A DNA stretch of 63,893 nucleotides, filler included, from Reticulomyxa filosa (Eukaryota > Protista > Foraminifera), in NCBI GenBank assembly GCA_000512085.1. It is 15 parts of 15 records of this genome, joined end to end, with 100 filler letters (N's around TTAATTAATTAA, not from the genome) between each part and the next. Parts side by side here need not be neighbours in the genome. Positions count along the whole stretch, not along the records: positions 2,371 to 23,575 come from ASPP01010886.1; positions 23,676 to 25,339 come from ASPP01014337.1; 13 more parts are not named here. The stretch is one strand, 5' to 3'. Below are positions 12,894 through 25,439 of this stretch, one piece after another. Each line of letters opens with the position of its first letter. Within the stretch, counting starts at the first letter, position 1. The notes beneath the pieces are model-generated. The model was given only the letters and a program-made list of their open reading frames with translations, was not told the DNA's origin and did not search any database. The translations under genes and the position numbers were made by a program.

Positions 12894-13585
12894 AACAACA
12901 CATACACACCATCAAAACTAAATAAATACAAGTAAAGCATTCTCTTTCGGCATCATTGATTCGTTAGAGTGTATTTGCAAATCTCTCTTTTTTTACAAAT
13001 CTTTTTTTTTTCTTCTTCTTCCAGGCCTACATTTATCTACCAAGGGGAAAAAATGTTTTGCTTCGATGAAGTGCACCCAAAAGTATATTGTTGGAAATTG
13101 GCACTAACAAAAATGCTCCTACTTCTTTGTTGTGCCGAAAATAAAGTTTGTTGGTGTACGTCTCACAATCTTTTTCACATCCTCATGCAGCTGTGTGAGT
13201 GAATTGATAACCTGGGGTTTTGCAAACAAAAAAAAATTCTATTTCATATGCTCCAGTATCACCTTTCTCAATCAGATTTTGAAAAATTGGGCAAAATAAA
13301 TAACAACACAGTACTTCCCCTTTAAAATTCGGGGATCTGTATTGTTCATTCAATAAAAGATAAGAATGTCAATAGTATTTAGTACAAAAAAAACAATACT
13401 TAAAAATTTCTTTGTAGAAACTGCAGAAGACAACACCTACAAACATGTATGAAAAGGAGTTTACGATAAAATAAATGCTGTGTCCGTTATGCTGTAAAGT
13501 GAACTATCCACATTCGAAACTCATGCCCTCAGTTTTAAGGTACTTTTGAACAGTGCCGAGGGTCTCAAAAAAATCTCTGGAAAAT

Positions 13586-14885
13586 ATGACCCTTATATTG
13601 AATGGAAGCAACGAAGCGGGTCAAAAAATATTATTCCCAATGTACGGAATATGTACCATATTATTGTTATTAATGTTGCTTGCACATTGGCTGACCTTTT
13701 CGAAGCGTTGTGGTTGGCGTCGTGTCTGCTGGTGTGTGTTTTCTGCAGAGAGCGCAAATGAACGTCCAAAAAACAGAGAAAGTGCACTGTCAATAAAGAA
13801 CCGTTCCCCGTTCAGCGGGCCAATATTGTCGCGGATGTGTTCGTACCCGCATATGTTACATACATGCACAACGTTAGCAATAATGTTCGGCATTTTGTTC
13901 AATATATTCAGTGTGATAGACTATCATCAAATAAACTTCCATTCATGTCACACGTTTGGTGCGACCTCATTGATCTTCTATTCTCTCCACAAGTTTTGCA
14001 TCTACACAACATTTGTAATACGATTTTATTCCTCTTTCACAGGAAGTCTATTTGGGGCAGATTGGAAGACCACCTGCTTCATTGAAGGACTTACTCTGTT
14101 TGTTACTGCGTCTGCAATCGCTCTGGAATCTACTGTCGGAATATTTAGGTATTCTGGCAAAGCGTCTAATGGAGGAAATATTTGCATTGCTACATATCCT
14201 TTTTGGGCAAGCTTATTACTTGTCTCGAGCGATCTGTTCATGAATCTTCTTTTATTGGTTTTGTTTATTAGGCCTTTGGCGTATCTTCACAATCGAATCA
14301 ATGCAGAGAGTATCAGAGTTATTTTGAAAATAATCTAATCGTCATATATTTATATATAATATACATATATATGTATATATATGTATGTATATGCATATAT
14401 GATAACATGCACGCTTCAAATATAGAAAATATATAACGTACATATGCACGCATATGCACAATATAAAAATACGGGAATAACCAAAACAAGCATCGCAAAA
14501 TCGCATAATATAACAAAAGGAAACTACGATGACAGATCACTCCCGTCAAGTAGACCGCCTAGAGTCCATCAAATTGGATAGGTTAAAATCCACAAAAACA
14601 GCTCGTGGATCGACGCACCCACAAAATGATCCGAATGTGTATTTCAGGCTGTCGATCAAAGTCATTGTCCTTGCCTCAGTCATGGTTTGTAGCACTTTCT
14701 TCGCACTGTTGTTGTACGCTGTCTTGAAATGGACCGTTGGCATTATGATTGATATTGTTATCAATTGCTTGTGCTTGTTAATGACCTTTCGTCATTACGA
14801 TCTGTTTTATTATTTTTTGTGCAAATGTTGCAACGTTTTTTGCACCTTTAGTTGCAAAAAAGTACTTTTTATTCCAGCAACATAG
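13586..14885 (+). CDS. Seven-transmembrane (GPCR-like) membrane protein, 2 exons
   Basis: About 7 hydrophobic segments; Cys in extracellular loops (HSCHTF, NICIATY); LLVLFIRPL after TM5; IDIVINCLCLLMTF in TM7; Cys-rich tail. Intron at ~14317-14535. Confidence 0.75.
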
Positions 14886-16167
14886 TTTGCTTACCTAACT
14901 TTTTCACTTTCTTTTTTTTTCCTCTTAAGCTTTTCTTGAATTGACTACCGTGTCATCATTAGGTCTTTTTTCTTTTGTTTCTTTGTTGGTGGGTGTAAAG
15001 TATTCATTTCTCTTACGTATATTTTGTTATTTCTGAAATTGTCTGGAAATCGAGAATCTGTGGGATACGAACTTAATAATCACTTTGATTACATACTTGC
15101 ACCTTTTTTTGTAAATATACATTCTTACTTATCGTATTACTTGAGACTACTATTTTCTTGGACAAATGCTTGAGAAAATATCTGAATCCAAAGAACAAAA
15201 GCTAAACTGACAGAATAAAAATAATAAAGTTACAACATTTGGATTTTAATTTGTGCACTGTAGTGACACTACTTATGTCACAAAGGAGTCAGTATGACTC
15301 CAAATATTGCAATTTTCCTTTTAATTTAAATTAAAAACTCATTTTCACTTTTCTTAAAACGTGCTTTCCCGCTCCAGATTCTCTACAGCACTTTAAAATA
15401 TGTTGTATGAAAAGTATCGTAATACAAGAAATTTTTATTTTTTGAATTTGATTTGTTTTATAAAGGAGCCAAAAATGGTCAAGTCGATGAATAGTTGTTT
15501 GTAGGATATATTTATTTTTACAATAAAATAAACATTTTGTGGAATTAATTCTCTTGTTGTTAATTTTTTCCATAATATTGGCACAATATTTATGTAGTTT
15601 TATCTATTTGCCAAACTTTGCAGTTTTCACACAATTTTTTTTTGTAAAGAGAAAAATGCGATTTTAATGCTAAAAAAAACTGCCTAGTCAAAACGTTGCA
15701 ACAAAAAAATTACAAACCAAATTGATTAGAAACCTGCTAAAATTTTTTCATGCAAAAGTAATCCTTATTTAATGCTAAAAATTATATAAAGTGATAGAAC
15801 ATAATGTTTGCTTCTCTAAGTAACAAATCACAGTTATGAAAACAAAAGCCAGAAATCTGTCATTTTCATCAATTTTGCTATCTAATTTTCATTATTCTTT
15901 TGGAACTGTCAAGAAATTTTTTAGCTTGGTTTGTTTTGTAAAGAGTTGCTTGTATTGAATTTTGATAACAGGCCAGAAGCTAATTTCTTTTAAACCAGAG
16001 TATTATTTTACGCAGAAAGACGGTGAATTATTGTTGCTTTGTCTGGATTGTTTGAAGAATCTTTTAAGTTGGGAAGTGCTGTACAGAGTAGAGGGTTTAG
16101 GTTGCTCTAACTTTTTTTTGGAAGTAGTATTTCGATAGGTAAAACTACTGACAATTTTGTACACAAG

Positions 16168-17591
16168 ATGTCTTGGCATTACGTTACCTCATCTGGTGAC
16201 TCTCGAGGTCCAGTCGGTGTTAAGGAATTACAATCAAAATATGAAAGTGGCGAAATCAACGACGAATCATACGTGTGGAACGGAGCAGATGTCAACCAAT
16301 GGACGGCATTAAGTCAGGTTCCTAGTCTGTATAGCCAAGTCAAACCTAGCAGTCAACCAAAACCACCCTGTTACGTTCAATCTGTATTGTCAGAACTAAA
16401 GAATGTTCAATTTAATTCAAATACTTTTTTTCCCCCCTTCTTACCCCGCCCAAAAAAAAATGATGGAACCAAACCCCCTTTTAAAAAACGTATACTAAAG
16501 TATTCAATAGTGAACAAAAAATGTATTTATGTTTATCTTTTCTTTTTTTTCAACTCAAAATAAGCACAAATTTCAATTCAAAAATAAACCAATCAAACAA
16601 AATAAATGACAACAATAGCTGGTGGCTCGTCTGCACCTCGCAGAAATCGTATGTTGTATATCTATTGTATTTAGATTGAACAAAGGAATGGGAGGGGAGA
16701 GGTTAGAAGGGAGCAAACAAACAAAAAAAAAAATAATAAAATTTCATTCAATCATATTTTCCTCTCAAATGAACCAATAGCTCTTGGCGGTGGTGGCGTA
16801 CGTGCCAATTTACTTGCTGGTATCCAAGCAGGAGCAAAATTGAAAAAAGTGGACGAGTCCGAAAAGAAAGATGGTAAATAGTGTTTGTTTTTATTGTTTC
16901 AAAGAGTTTGCACTAGCCAAAATTAGAATTGTTGAATAAATTTTTTTTTGCTACTACAATACAAACCCGAATCTTTTTTTTGGTGTATTCTTCCCTTATT
17001 TAAAAAACAAAACAAAAACTTACTTAAAATAATTTTCAATAGTAAGCAGTGCAGTTCCTGTAAGCAGCGGAAATTCAGGTAGTAGTGAAGGAGAAGGTAG
17101 TTCATCATCTTCAGCTTCAGCCCCAGTTTCAGCCCCTTCTCGACCATTGGGAGGCAAAATGACAATGCAAGAGCAGATGGCAATGGTGTTAAAGAACAGA
17201 GGAGCGGGCAAAACAGCACCTAGTGGCGGTGGGGTTGCAACTAAAGAAACTGCAAAAGCAACAACCACGTCAACCCCAACCACAACAGCCAGTGCAAAAC
17301 CTCCTGTTGCAGTTAAATCTGCCACCACGGCTCCCAGCTCAGTACCTTCATGGAAACAAAAATCCCATGCCTCATCCGGCTCAAACTCAATATCTACAGT
17401 CTCCAAACCTGTCGAAGCAGAGGTATGTATTCTCACTTCTCTTTTTCCCATCCTCACGCAATATTTACTTTTTTTTTTTCTTCTTCAAACAGGCACCAGG
17501 TACCAGTGATAGCAGAATTGAAAAAATTAAAAACTTGTTGAACAATGCAGAAGAGTGGCAACTTCAAGCAATTGAAAAAATTCTTTCTTAA
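16168..17591 (+). CDS. GYF_2 + WH2 domain actin-binding protein, 5 exons
   Basis: N-terminal WHY...GPV...L...YESGEINDESYVW....QW (GYF_2). Exon 16781-16873 encodes RANLLAGIQAGAKLKKVDE (WH2 with LKKV). Splice phases are consistent. Confidence 0.8.
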
Positions 17592-17815
17592 CTTTTGTTT
17601 AGTTTTTTTTTCCGACTCTCTAGTTCGAAAAAAGAGAAAAAGTTGTTGTGCGGTTTAGCAAAATTTTATAGTAAACAGTTCGGCGGTTGTTGCCTAGGGG
17701 GTTGTTTTCGTCGAAACTTGTGTAAATGTTGACTATTTTGTGAACAATTGCATCACTCATGCAATGAACTATTTTGCTAAATAACTTATTAATCCCCCTC
17801 TTTATCTTCAAAATA

Positions 17816-18413
17816 TCAAAATTGATCAATTGGCAATCGACACACAGGACAAACATGGTTTTGGCTCAGCCAAGTATCAATTTCTTTTTTGTGAAAAAAG
17901 TGAAAACACGGAAGTCGTCTGACTTGTTCTCCGTTTGCAAACTTTTCCAAACATATCAAACACTTTTCAAGAATTTTTGTTTTTGGGCGATGTGTCTCGG
18001 CTTTAAAGGTATTCAAAGGCAATTTTTCAATATCATCTTTCGAAGCGCCTTGCGGAGTATTTGGAAACAATTTTTCTTTTTGTTCATCGGTCAATGTGTC
18101 GAAATCTAAAAAATAATGCCTCAAGTTTGCTGGAACACTCATTATATCAAATTCTTTCTTTGTTTGTTTATTGGTTTCTTGATTCTCGTGTTCACTATTT
18201 GCATCTTCAGTACTGCTATCACCCTCTTCCTCATCATTTTTATATTCAGAAGCTTTTTCTTCAATACGATCGTCCCTTAAGAATTAAAATTATTCAAAAT
18301 TAAAATGTACAGAGAGTGTAAACACCTTTTTGTGTTAACTGTGTTCTGCCTGTTCTGGTCGTTGTCTTTGCTTGCATGTTCGTCATTCCAGGACTGTACC
18401 ACGTTTGCAACAT
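17816..18413 (-). CDS. RING-H2 E3 ubiquitin ligase, 2 exons
   Basis: GASKDDIEKLP..CLICLEKFANGEQVRRLPCFHFFHKKEIDTWLSQNHVCPVCR. The upstream exon from ATG 18413 splices in frame to an acidic linker. Confidence 0.85.
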
Positions 18414-19699
18414 TGGACACAGTAATGTTGGGACTGTTCTGAATTATGACAATTCTTTGCAGGACTTGGACAAGTTTAAGGAAGTTGTAGTAAAAAATTC
18501 TAACGTAAAGTCATTTATTCAGCTAACACGAACTCTGGTATGGAGTACAATTAACGTGTTTATAGTTTTTTAAATAGACATAGAAAAAGTGCGGAATCTG
18601 CGCTAGGTGTAATACAAAATTTATTTGTTGAGTAAAACTTATACGATTCAAATGCACATTCTAAAAAGTGTATTTCATGTGATTATATTAGGAGTATAAT
18701 TAAATTTCAAAGTTGCGATTATTGCGTAAAAATAAGCTCAATTATTGCCCAAGTCAAGGGTATTTTATTGATGTATATATTGTATTTATCATAATAGTGA
18801 GTCTGTAGAAAATATCAATTATTTGTAACATATTTATTTAACATGAATGAAACTTCTTTTAATTTTTATAAATATTTGACTAATTTTATCTTTAAAAAAA
18901 TTGATTTTTGCATGGCAGAATGATAACACAATAAAATGACTTAATTGCTATACAAAAAAATTATAACAAATTTACAGTGTACTTTTCAATATCACATCAA
19001 GATATGACTGTTAAAATATTTGAGCAATATATTTGAATTTCTTCATTGACGATCGTTGAATGAAAATATGGACAAAACGGACAAGTAATAAAAAATTATT
19101 TATTCATCAATGTAGAATCAGTTATAAATATAAGGCATTTGAACGCTAGTGTATGAAGTTGACTAGCTTGTCTAGACTGAAATGTCAAGTGTAATATGAA
19201 AATCCAATCTTAATTGACTAGAAATTATATTGTAAAAACAATAAAATCACCAATCAAATTGGAATAAACCGCAAAATTGGATATTTTTCATCAAATCAAT
19301 ACGAAAGCAAAACCAGTATGTATTTAAAGTGTTTCAATACACTTCTGAAGTGTGACATTGGGGAGTCAAATACCAACACCAATATTCATCTAGCCGGATA
19401 TTGGCTAAATTATGTATATTGATGATTTTATCTAACTAACTTTGGATGTGTTTTAAACTAGACTTTGTTGTGTGATTTAAACATGTAATATTCCATTGTT
19501 GTTTGTATTACATTTCAATAACTGTTCAATGGCCTTGGTGAAGTGGGTAAGATTTACTATGTCTATTCTCTTCATCAGTCTTGTTATGTGACGTGGACAC
19601 ATTTTGCTTCATAATAAGTATTCTTCTTATCAATACGAAGCATATTCATTCTTTTTACTTGAAATAGTCCAAACTCCTAAAGTAAAATACTTCAAAATA

Positions 19700-20600
19700 A
19701 AGATCCAGGTTCAAATTGTTTTTTTTTAGACATATTACAACAAATGAAAATATGATAAACAGAAAATATATTTACGCAAACCTTCGAATAGAGCTGCTAT
19801 CCATCGCGTTGATTGATACTTGTTTTTTTTTTCTTTCTTCGCCAGTTTGTTCATAACTACAGTAAAATTTTTTCTTATGGACTGATTTGTGAGCCTACTA
19901 CGATCACTCAGTGGGGACACAATTTGAAGAGGCCAACACGTGTAGCCAGAAGCAAGAGCAGCTCGAACATTTACAAATAGTACAAATGCCATTTGTTATT
20001 GAGGGTAAAAGACCACAATGCTTTTGACACACTATCCAAATATTGAGAGCTGAATCTTGCATAACAGCAGGAGCATAGTCCGAAAATGCAATACGTATAC
20101 GCCAACGTCTGTTGTTTAAATCGCAAAAGCATTTACTTGGCACAATGGATAAATCTTTTGGATAGATGTCTTGTTTTTTAAATCCACATCATCAGGAGAA
20201 TGACAGACTATTGTGAGTATAGTGGAGTGTGGATGGAGGTACCAAGAATTGCATACTTGTGCTTTGGTACGATATATCGGAGGTGACATGTAATGTGTAG
20301 ATATGTATCCACAGTCAGCGACAATTGGGACCTCCATGTTGAACATTGAAAGATGCTACTGGGTATGGTCGACCAATATCACATATGCAATCGACAAGTT
20401 ATTATGCGAAGTAAAACTGCAATTTGAATTTGATGTAACTTATTCTATTGGTAGTCGTTGTGTCATTATTTGTCACATGAACGGATTGTCATATTGGATG
20501 CAGAGTTAGTGGTCACTTGATAGAACGTCGTAATATTGCTGACACTTTGAATAGCGAAATGATAATATTGAACGCAGGTACAACTATATGAACTTCATTG
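19700..20600 (-). pseudogene. Decayed Cys-rich secreted/membrane protein gene
   Basis: Coding-like composition, broken into several short overlapping ORFs by stops and frameshifts. No family recognised. Confidence 0.4.
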
Positions 20601-21480
20601 CTTTTTTTCATTTCATTTATTTTTTCTTTTTTAATTTTCTCAATAATTTTTTTCTTTTTTCTTTTTTTACATTTATATTCTATTTTCTTCTTTTTTTCTA
20701 TTTTCTTCTTTTTTCCTTTTTTCTATTTTCCTTTTCTTTTTTTCCTTTTTATTATACAATTTTCTTTTTCTTATTCTTTTTTTACTTTATTTTTCTCCAT
20801 CCACCCACAATCAACTTCATTTCACTAATTATCTCAACAACTATTTTTAAAATAAAAATTAACTGATTGTTCATTGTATCTGACTTGCAATACTATATAA
20901 AAAACAAAATACCTTGATATGTAATCTCGTGGTTCAATCTCCATTCATATGATAAACACAAATATTTTTTTTTTTAGTTTGATATATTTTTAAAAAAATA
21001 TATAAATATGTGTAGCGTTGTCAGGGGGAATTCCTGTTGTACAACATAAATAATATTATTAAAAAAAGAAAAATATATAAATATAAACAAACATATAATT
21101 CTCCTTTCGGAGACTTGGATTTCTACCTTTTTTTTTTTTTTTTTTTGTGGAGGGGGAAAACAATATCTGGTCCAATCTTTGAGTCTAGGGTGAAATATTA
21201 TTTTACAAATACAGATCAGGTAAATATATCAAAAAAAAAAAGAAAAAACAAACTTAAGTTTCTCCTTTCGGAGACATAGTGTAGTTCTACACATTCTTCT
21301 TTTTTCATCAAAGTTTTTGTCATATATAAAAAGCCCACAAACAATCGTTTATAAATGAAGAAAGTATATACAAAAAATTATCTTACATTGTTGTTGCAAT
21401 GCACGATGTTGATATCAACTTTATCAAACAATAAGTATGGCACTTGAGTGCTTTCCAGATGACTTTTTGAGCATATAATA
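20600..21480 (-). repeat. Dispersed repeat element, copy A (pyrimidine tract, GGGGAATTCC, two CTCCTTTCGGAG hairpin units)
   Basis: Homologous by eye to 41480-42150 and, inverted, to 47330-48220. Confidence 0.8.
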
Positions 21481-21639
21481 TTTTTTTATTATGTATGTTA
21501 CAACATTACATTTCATAATGTCACAAGTTTATGTGAATTTTTTTTAAAAATAAAAAAAGTATGTAAATATAATTGTTTGTTTTTATACATCTTATGACAA
21601 TTAATGACTTATAACAAAAAAGAAAAAGTATAATTTTTA

Positions 21640-22826
21640 CCTTTTGGTGACCTCGACACAATGAGTTCGACGATTGGTATTGGGACAGGCTGTATTTAGA
21701 TTAAATAGAATTAGCCTTTTGTTTTGTGAGTTGGCCTTGGCCGGCTGATTAGATTTGAGTGTTGGCATCAGTGTTGGGAATTGTCTTTGCGATGGGCGGT
21801 GAGCTTGTAAACGTCACACTTTATTCCAAAATTGACGATATTGTAGAATTGCTTCGCCCAGCTGCATCCAAACTCACATCACCAACTTTTTTATCAATTC
21901 TTCAATTTCTGCTCTTTTTTGAGCAAATCTATATTGTTTTCCTTTTGTGCATTCTTTGGCCATCTTGTCGCGTGGGACGATTGGGCATTGCGGTTGGCTT
22001 TCTGTTTGCTAAGTGACTATTATATGTTCAAAATGTCAGACGTCAAACGTTATCTTTTCTTAAAAAATAATAAGTTAAAACATTTTTTTCTTTACTGAAC
22101 AGTTTCACCAGCGGCGACATGATCGAATTTCAACAGTACATAATTTCTTCTTTGGCAATGAGCAAGTTTTTGCAATGTGCACATTTCGAGCATTGTATCG
22201 ATGTTGCGCTGTGTCGTCCCGATGTTTTGCTGTTCGTTTTTTAAATATTGTTTTTGTGTTATTTTTATTTTTATATGGGTAAAATTTGATATATGGGGGA
22301 ACAACGTATATATGTATGCAACAATGTGTTAATGGAAGGATGGTAATGTGTTGATGGGCAATGTATTTGTGTGGAAAATGTGACAGTAGTTGAGAAATGT
22401 GCTGACAGAGGGAAAAATGTGTTGGTGGGTGATCGATGTATTAATGTGGGGCAATGTGTTAGTGTGAGCAATATTTATGGATTAGTATGTGTTTATGGAT
22501 GAAAAAAATATTATTTTTTAATTACTCGCCGGTCCAGTACAACGTCCACCGGAATCAATTGCAATGAAACAATTATTCAAACATCAATTTGCATACATGA
22601 CTTATTCAAGTCACAAAATAAAGTTAGTCATTCCCTTCAACAAAATATATGTTTGCAAATACTGGCACTAGTTATCGACTTACCGTTTGATTAGGTCCAC
22701 CCGATCTAATTTCAATTTTTTTCCATTACGACTGACAATGCTGTCTTTTTTTGTTTTGTTAGCACCGCTTCGCCCACTGACCGCACCATGAGCAAGTTCG
22801 CTCGTATCAACATTTGCGCTACTCAT
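21640..22826 (-). pseudogene. Multi-exon gene relic of unknown family
   Basis: ATG at 22826 opens a 48-codon exon ending at a GTAAG donor. Later coding-like exons cannot be joined without stops or non-canonical splice sites. Confidence 0.35.
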
Positions 22827-23575
22827 GCCCCTTCTTGCAATCAAATTTCAATCAACTACGGGGCTAAAAAGTTCACAGTGCTTTGATGTTCAGAAATAAA
22901 AAAGGGTAACTCAGTTCTTGTCGTAGTGTCTGTATACAAAATAATATAGTCTCAGTTTCATGCTGTTTTTGAAAAACTTTTTCTTTTTTAATTGTCAAAG
23001 TTGGAAATTATATTCCTTTGTCAAATTTACCAAAAACTAAAACGATGTCAAATACAAAAGAAACAAGAGAAAATTGTATGTAAAAATTGCACGAAGAATT
23101 GCCGTATTGTTCATCTGTTTCGCTTGCAAAAGGACACTATCAATTTTGTTAACGCTTTGACATCAGGGTTAATTTTTTTTGGTAAAATTGTCAACATTGA
23201 AAAAACGTTATTCAAAATAATATTCATAAAAACTATTAATTAAAAGACAAACAAAACGAAAAATAACGCTTGAGAGAAAGTTAAACAAGTATGTTTTCCA
23301 ATCAATTATATGATATCAAATGTATTTGTAGCACATTGCCACATTTTGGCTGACAAAACTGCATAAAATCATATAAAGTGTTGAATTTTTCGAGAACAAG
23401 AAAATAGTATGACGATAGCTCTATCTTTTCAAACTCGACTTTATGATTCGCTTGTGCAAGCAAAAACGGTTGATGATTATTTCCTTTATATTAAGTCGCG
23501 ATAAAACCCTTTGCTCAAAAAATTTTTAATTATTTGTTTTTATAGTTTATATCTTTTATTTCCATTCATTTGCAA

Positions 23576-23675
23576 NNNNNNNNNNNNNNNNNNNNNNNNN
23601 NNNNNNNNNNNNNNNNNNNTTAATTAATTAANNNNNNNNNNNNNNNNNNNNNNNNNNNNNNNNNNNNNNNNNNNN
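23576..23675. other. Artificial contig linker
   Basis: N44-TTAATTAATTAA-N44. Confidence 0.98.
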
Positions 23676-23715
<40 letters not shown>

Positions 23716-24087
23716 TTTTCTCTTTTTCTTTTTCTTTTTCTTTTTGTTTTCCTTTTCCCTTTTCTTTTTTTTCTTTTCCTTTTCTTTTTCTTTTTCTTTT
23801 TCTTTTGCCTTTGCGTTGATCTCTTTCTCTTTCCTCAGAAGTGGAGGAATGATCTGTACAACTTGTCCCGTTTTTGATGCGTACTTGTTCACCCGATTGC
23901 ATGCTCGTGTGGGATACCAGGTCGGTCGACACTCGCATTTCCGCACTTTCGTCATTGTCTGTGACATCCATATTATCTTTTTTACGTGTGATTAGTTTCA
24001 GCTTGATTTTCGACAATTTTTGTTGGTTTTTCAGTTTGTCACTGTTATTATTAGTATCATTATTAATGTTATTATTAATATCATTAC

Positions 24088-24118
<31 letters not shown>

Positions 24119-24495
24119 GTCAGTGTAAAAATTGCTATTCTTGTTGTTATCAACGTCCATATCGACGTCCATGTCGATAGCATTTGAAGTTGTGGTGCCA
24201 TTGATCAATGCGGTGGACAATGCGACAATGTTGCGACTGTAGGGATCGACAAAAGGGATTGGAGGAGGAAGGAAAAGAGGATTATTGGCCATGGTTTGAA
24301 ACCATTTGTGCTTTTCCCATGAGTCTTCTTGTTTGATAACAGAGTGAGGAAGCACATTGAAGTTGAAGCCTTGGCCTTGACTTTGATTTTGGTTTTGAAC
24401 AGACTCATTTGAAAAATAGCCGTTGAACTCGTGTACGTGGTTACAATCGCTTTGCAAATTGGTCATGGTGTAATCATTAACCATTGCATTGGACA

Positions 24496-24535
<40 letters not shown>

Positions 24536-25339
24536 GTGATTGCTATTGCTGCAGCAGTATCCTCCTCCAACACCGTCATTGGACGACGGCATGACATGGA
24601 AGGGGAGTGACAATGGCAACGACAACTGCAAGGGCATTGGAAATGAAGGCAGCAATGTGGACATGGAGAGCCCTTGATGGGAATCAATGGAAGACATCAT
24701 CGTCGAGGTGGCCGATCCTCCTGTTGCGTCTTGATGGCTTGGCTGGCCATTATTCATCGATGTCGATGTCAATGTCGATGTCGACGATGACGACAAAGGC
24801 AGGGGCGGAGGACGAGGAGGAGGTGGTGGGAACGGAAGTGGCAATGACGACAAGGGTGGCGTCATCGAACACAAAGGTTCGGACAACGGTTGATTTATTT
24901 TGCGCTTTCCCGCAGTGGGGATAATAAATATTGGAGCGCCCTGACTTTGATTTGGACCCTGGTTTTGTTGACTTCCGTTTTGGTTTTGATTTTGGCTTAC
25001 ATGAAAGGCTGCATGTGAATTTGAACTTTGCTCTTGCATGTGCGTGCTACCATTGGCGTTAAACAAATGACTGTCCGATAGCGATATTGCGGGATAGTTG
25101 CATCCCGCTTGCTGATCCTGTGAGAATTGCTGCATATCCTGTGGACAATTGAGAAACGGATAACCTGATGATGAACCATTGGCTGTCGCTGTCGTCGTCG
25201 TTGTTGTCGTTGTCGTGTTGGTGGATGCACAACAACTCGAATCTGCAAATGGCAACAACGGCATTGGCATTGACATTGGCATTGGCATTTGCATTTGCAT
25301 TGGCATTTGCATTGACATCGGCATTGACATAGGTATGGA
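23676..25339 (-). CDS. Low-complexity (M/P, poly-N, poly-T, K/R-rich) protein fragment, both ends truncated
   Basis: One open frame of >500 codons spans the whole contig. No folded domain is seen. Confidence 0.6.
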
Positions 25340-25439
25340 NNNNNNNNNNNNNNNNNNNNNNNNNNNNNNNNNNNNNNNNNNNNTTAATTAATTAANNNNN
25401 NNNNNNNNNNNNNNNNNNNNNNNNNNNNNNNNNNNNNNN
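25340..25439. other. Artificial contig linker
   Basis: N44-TTAATTAATTAA-N44. Confidence 0.98.

Noticed and set aside
20588-20866. Phe/Leu-rich 'membrane protein' ORFs here and at 41130-41696, 48286-48769, 37176-37460
   Set aside because: Translations of pyrimidine tracts; no coding signal.
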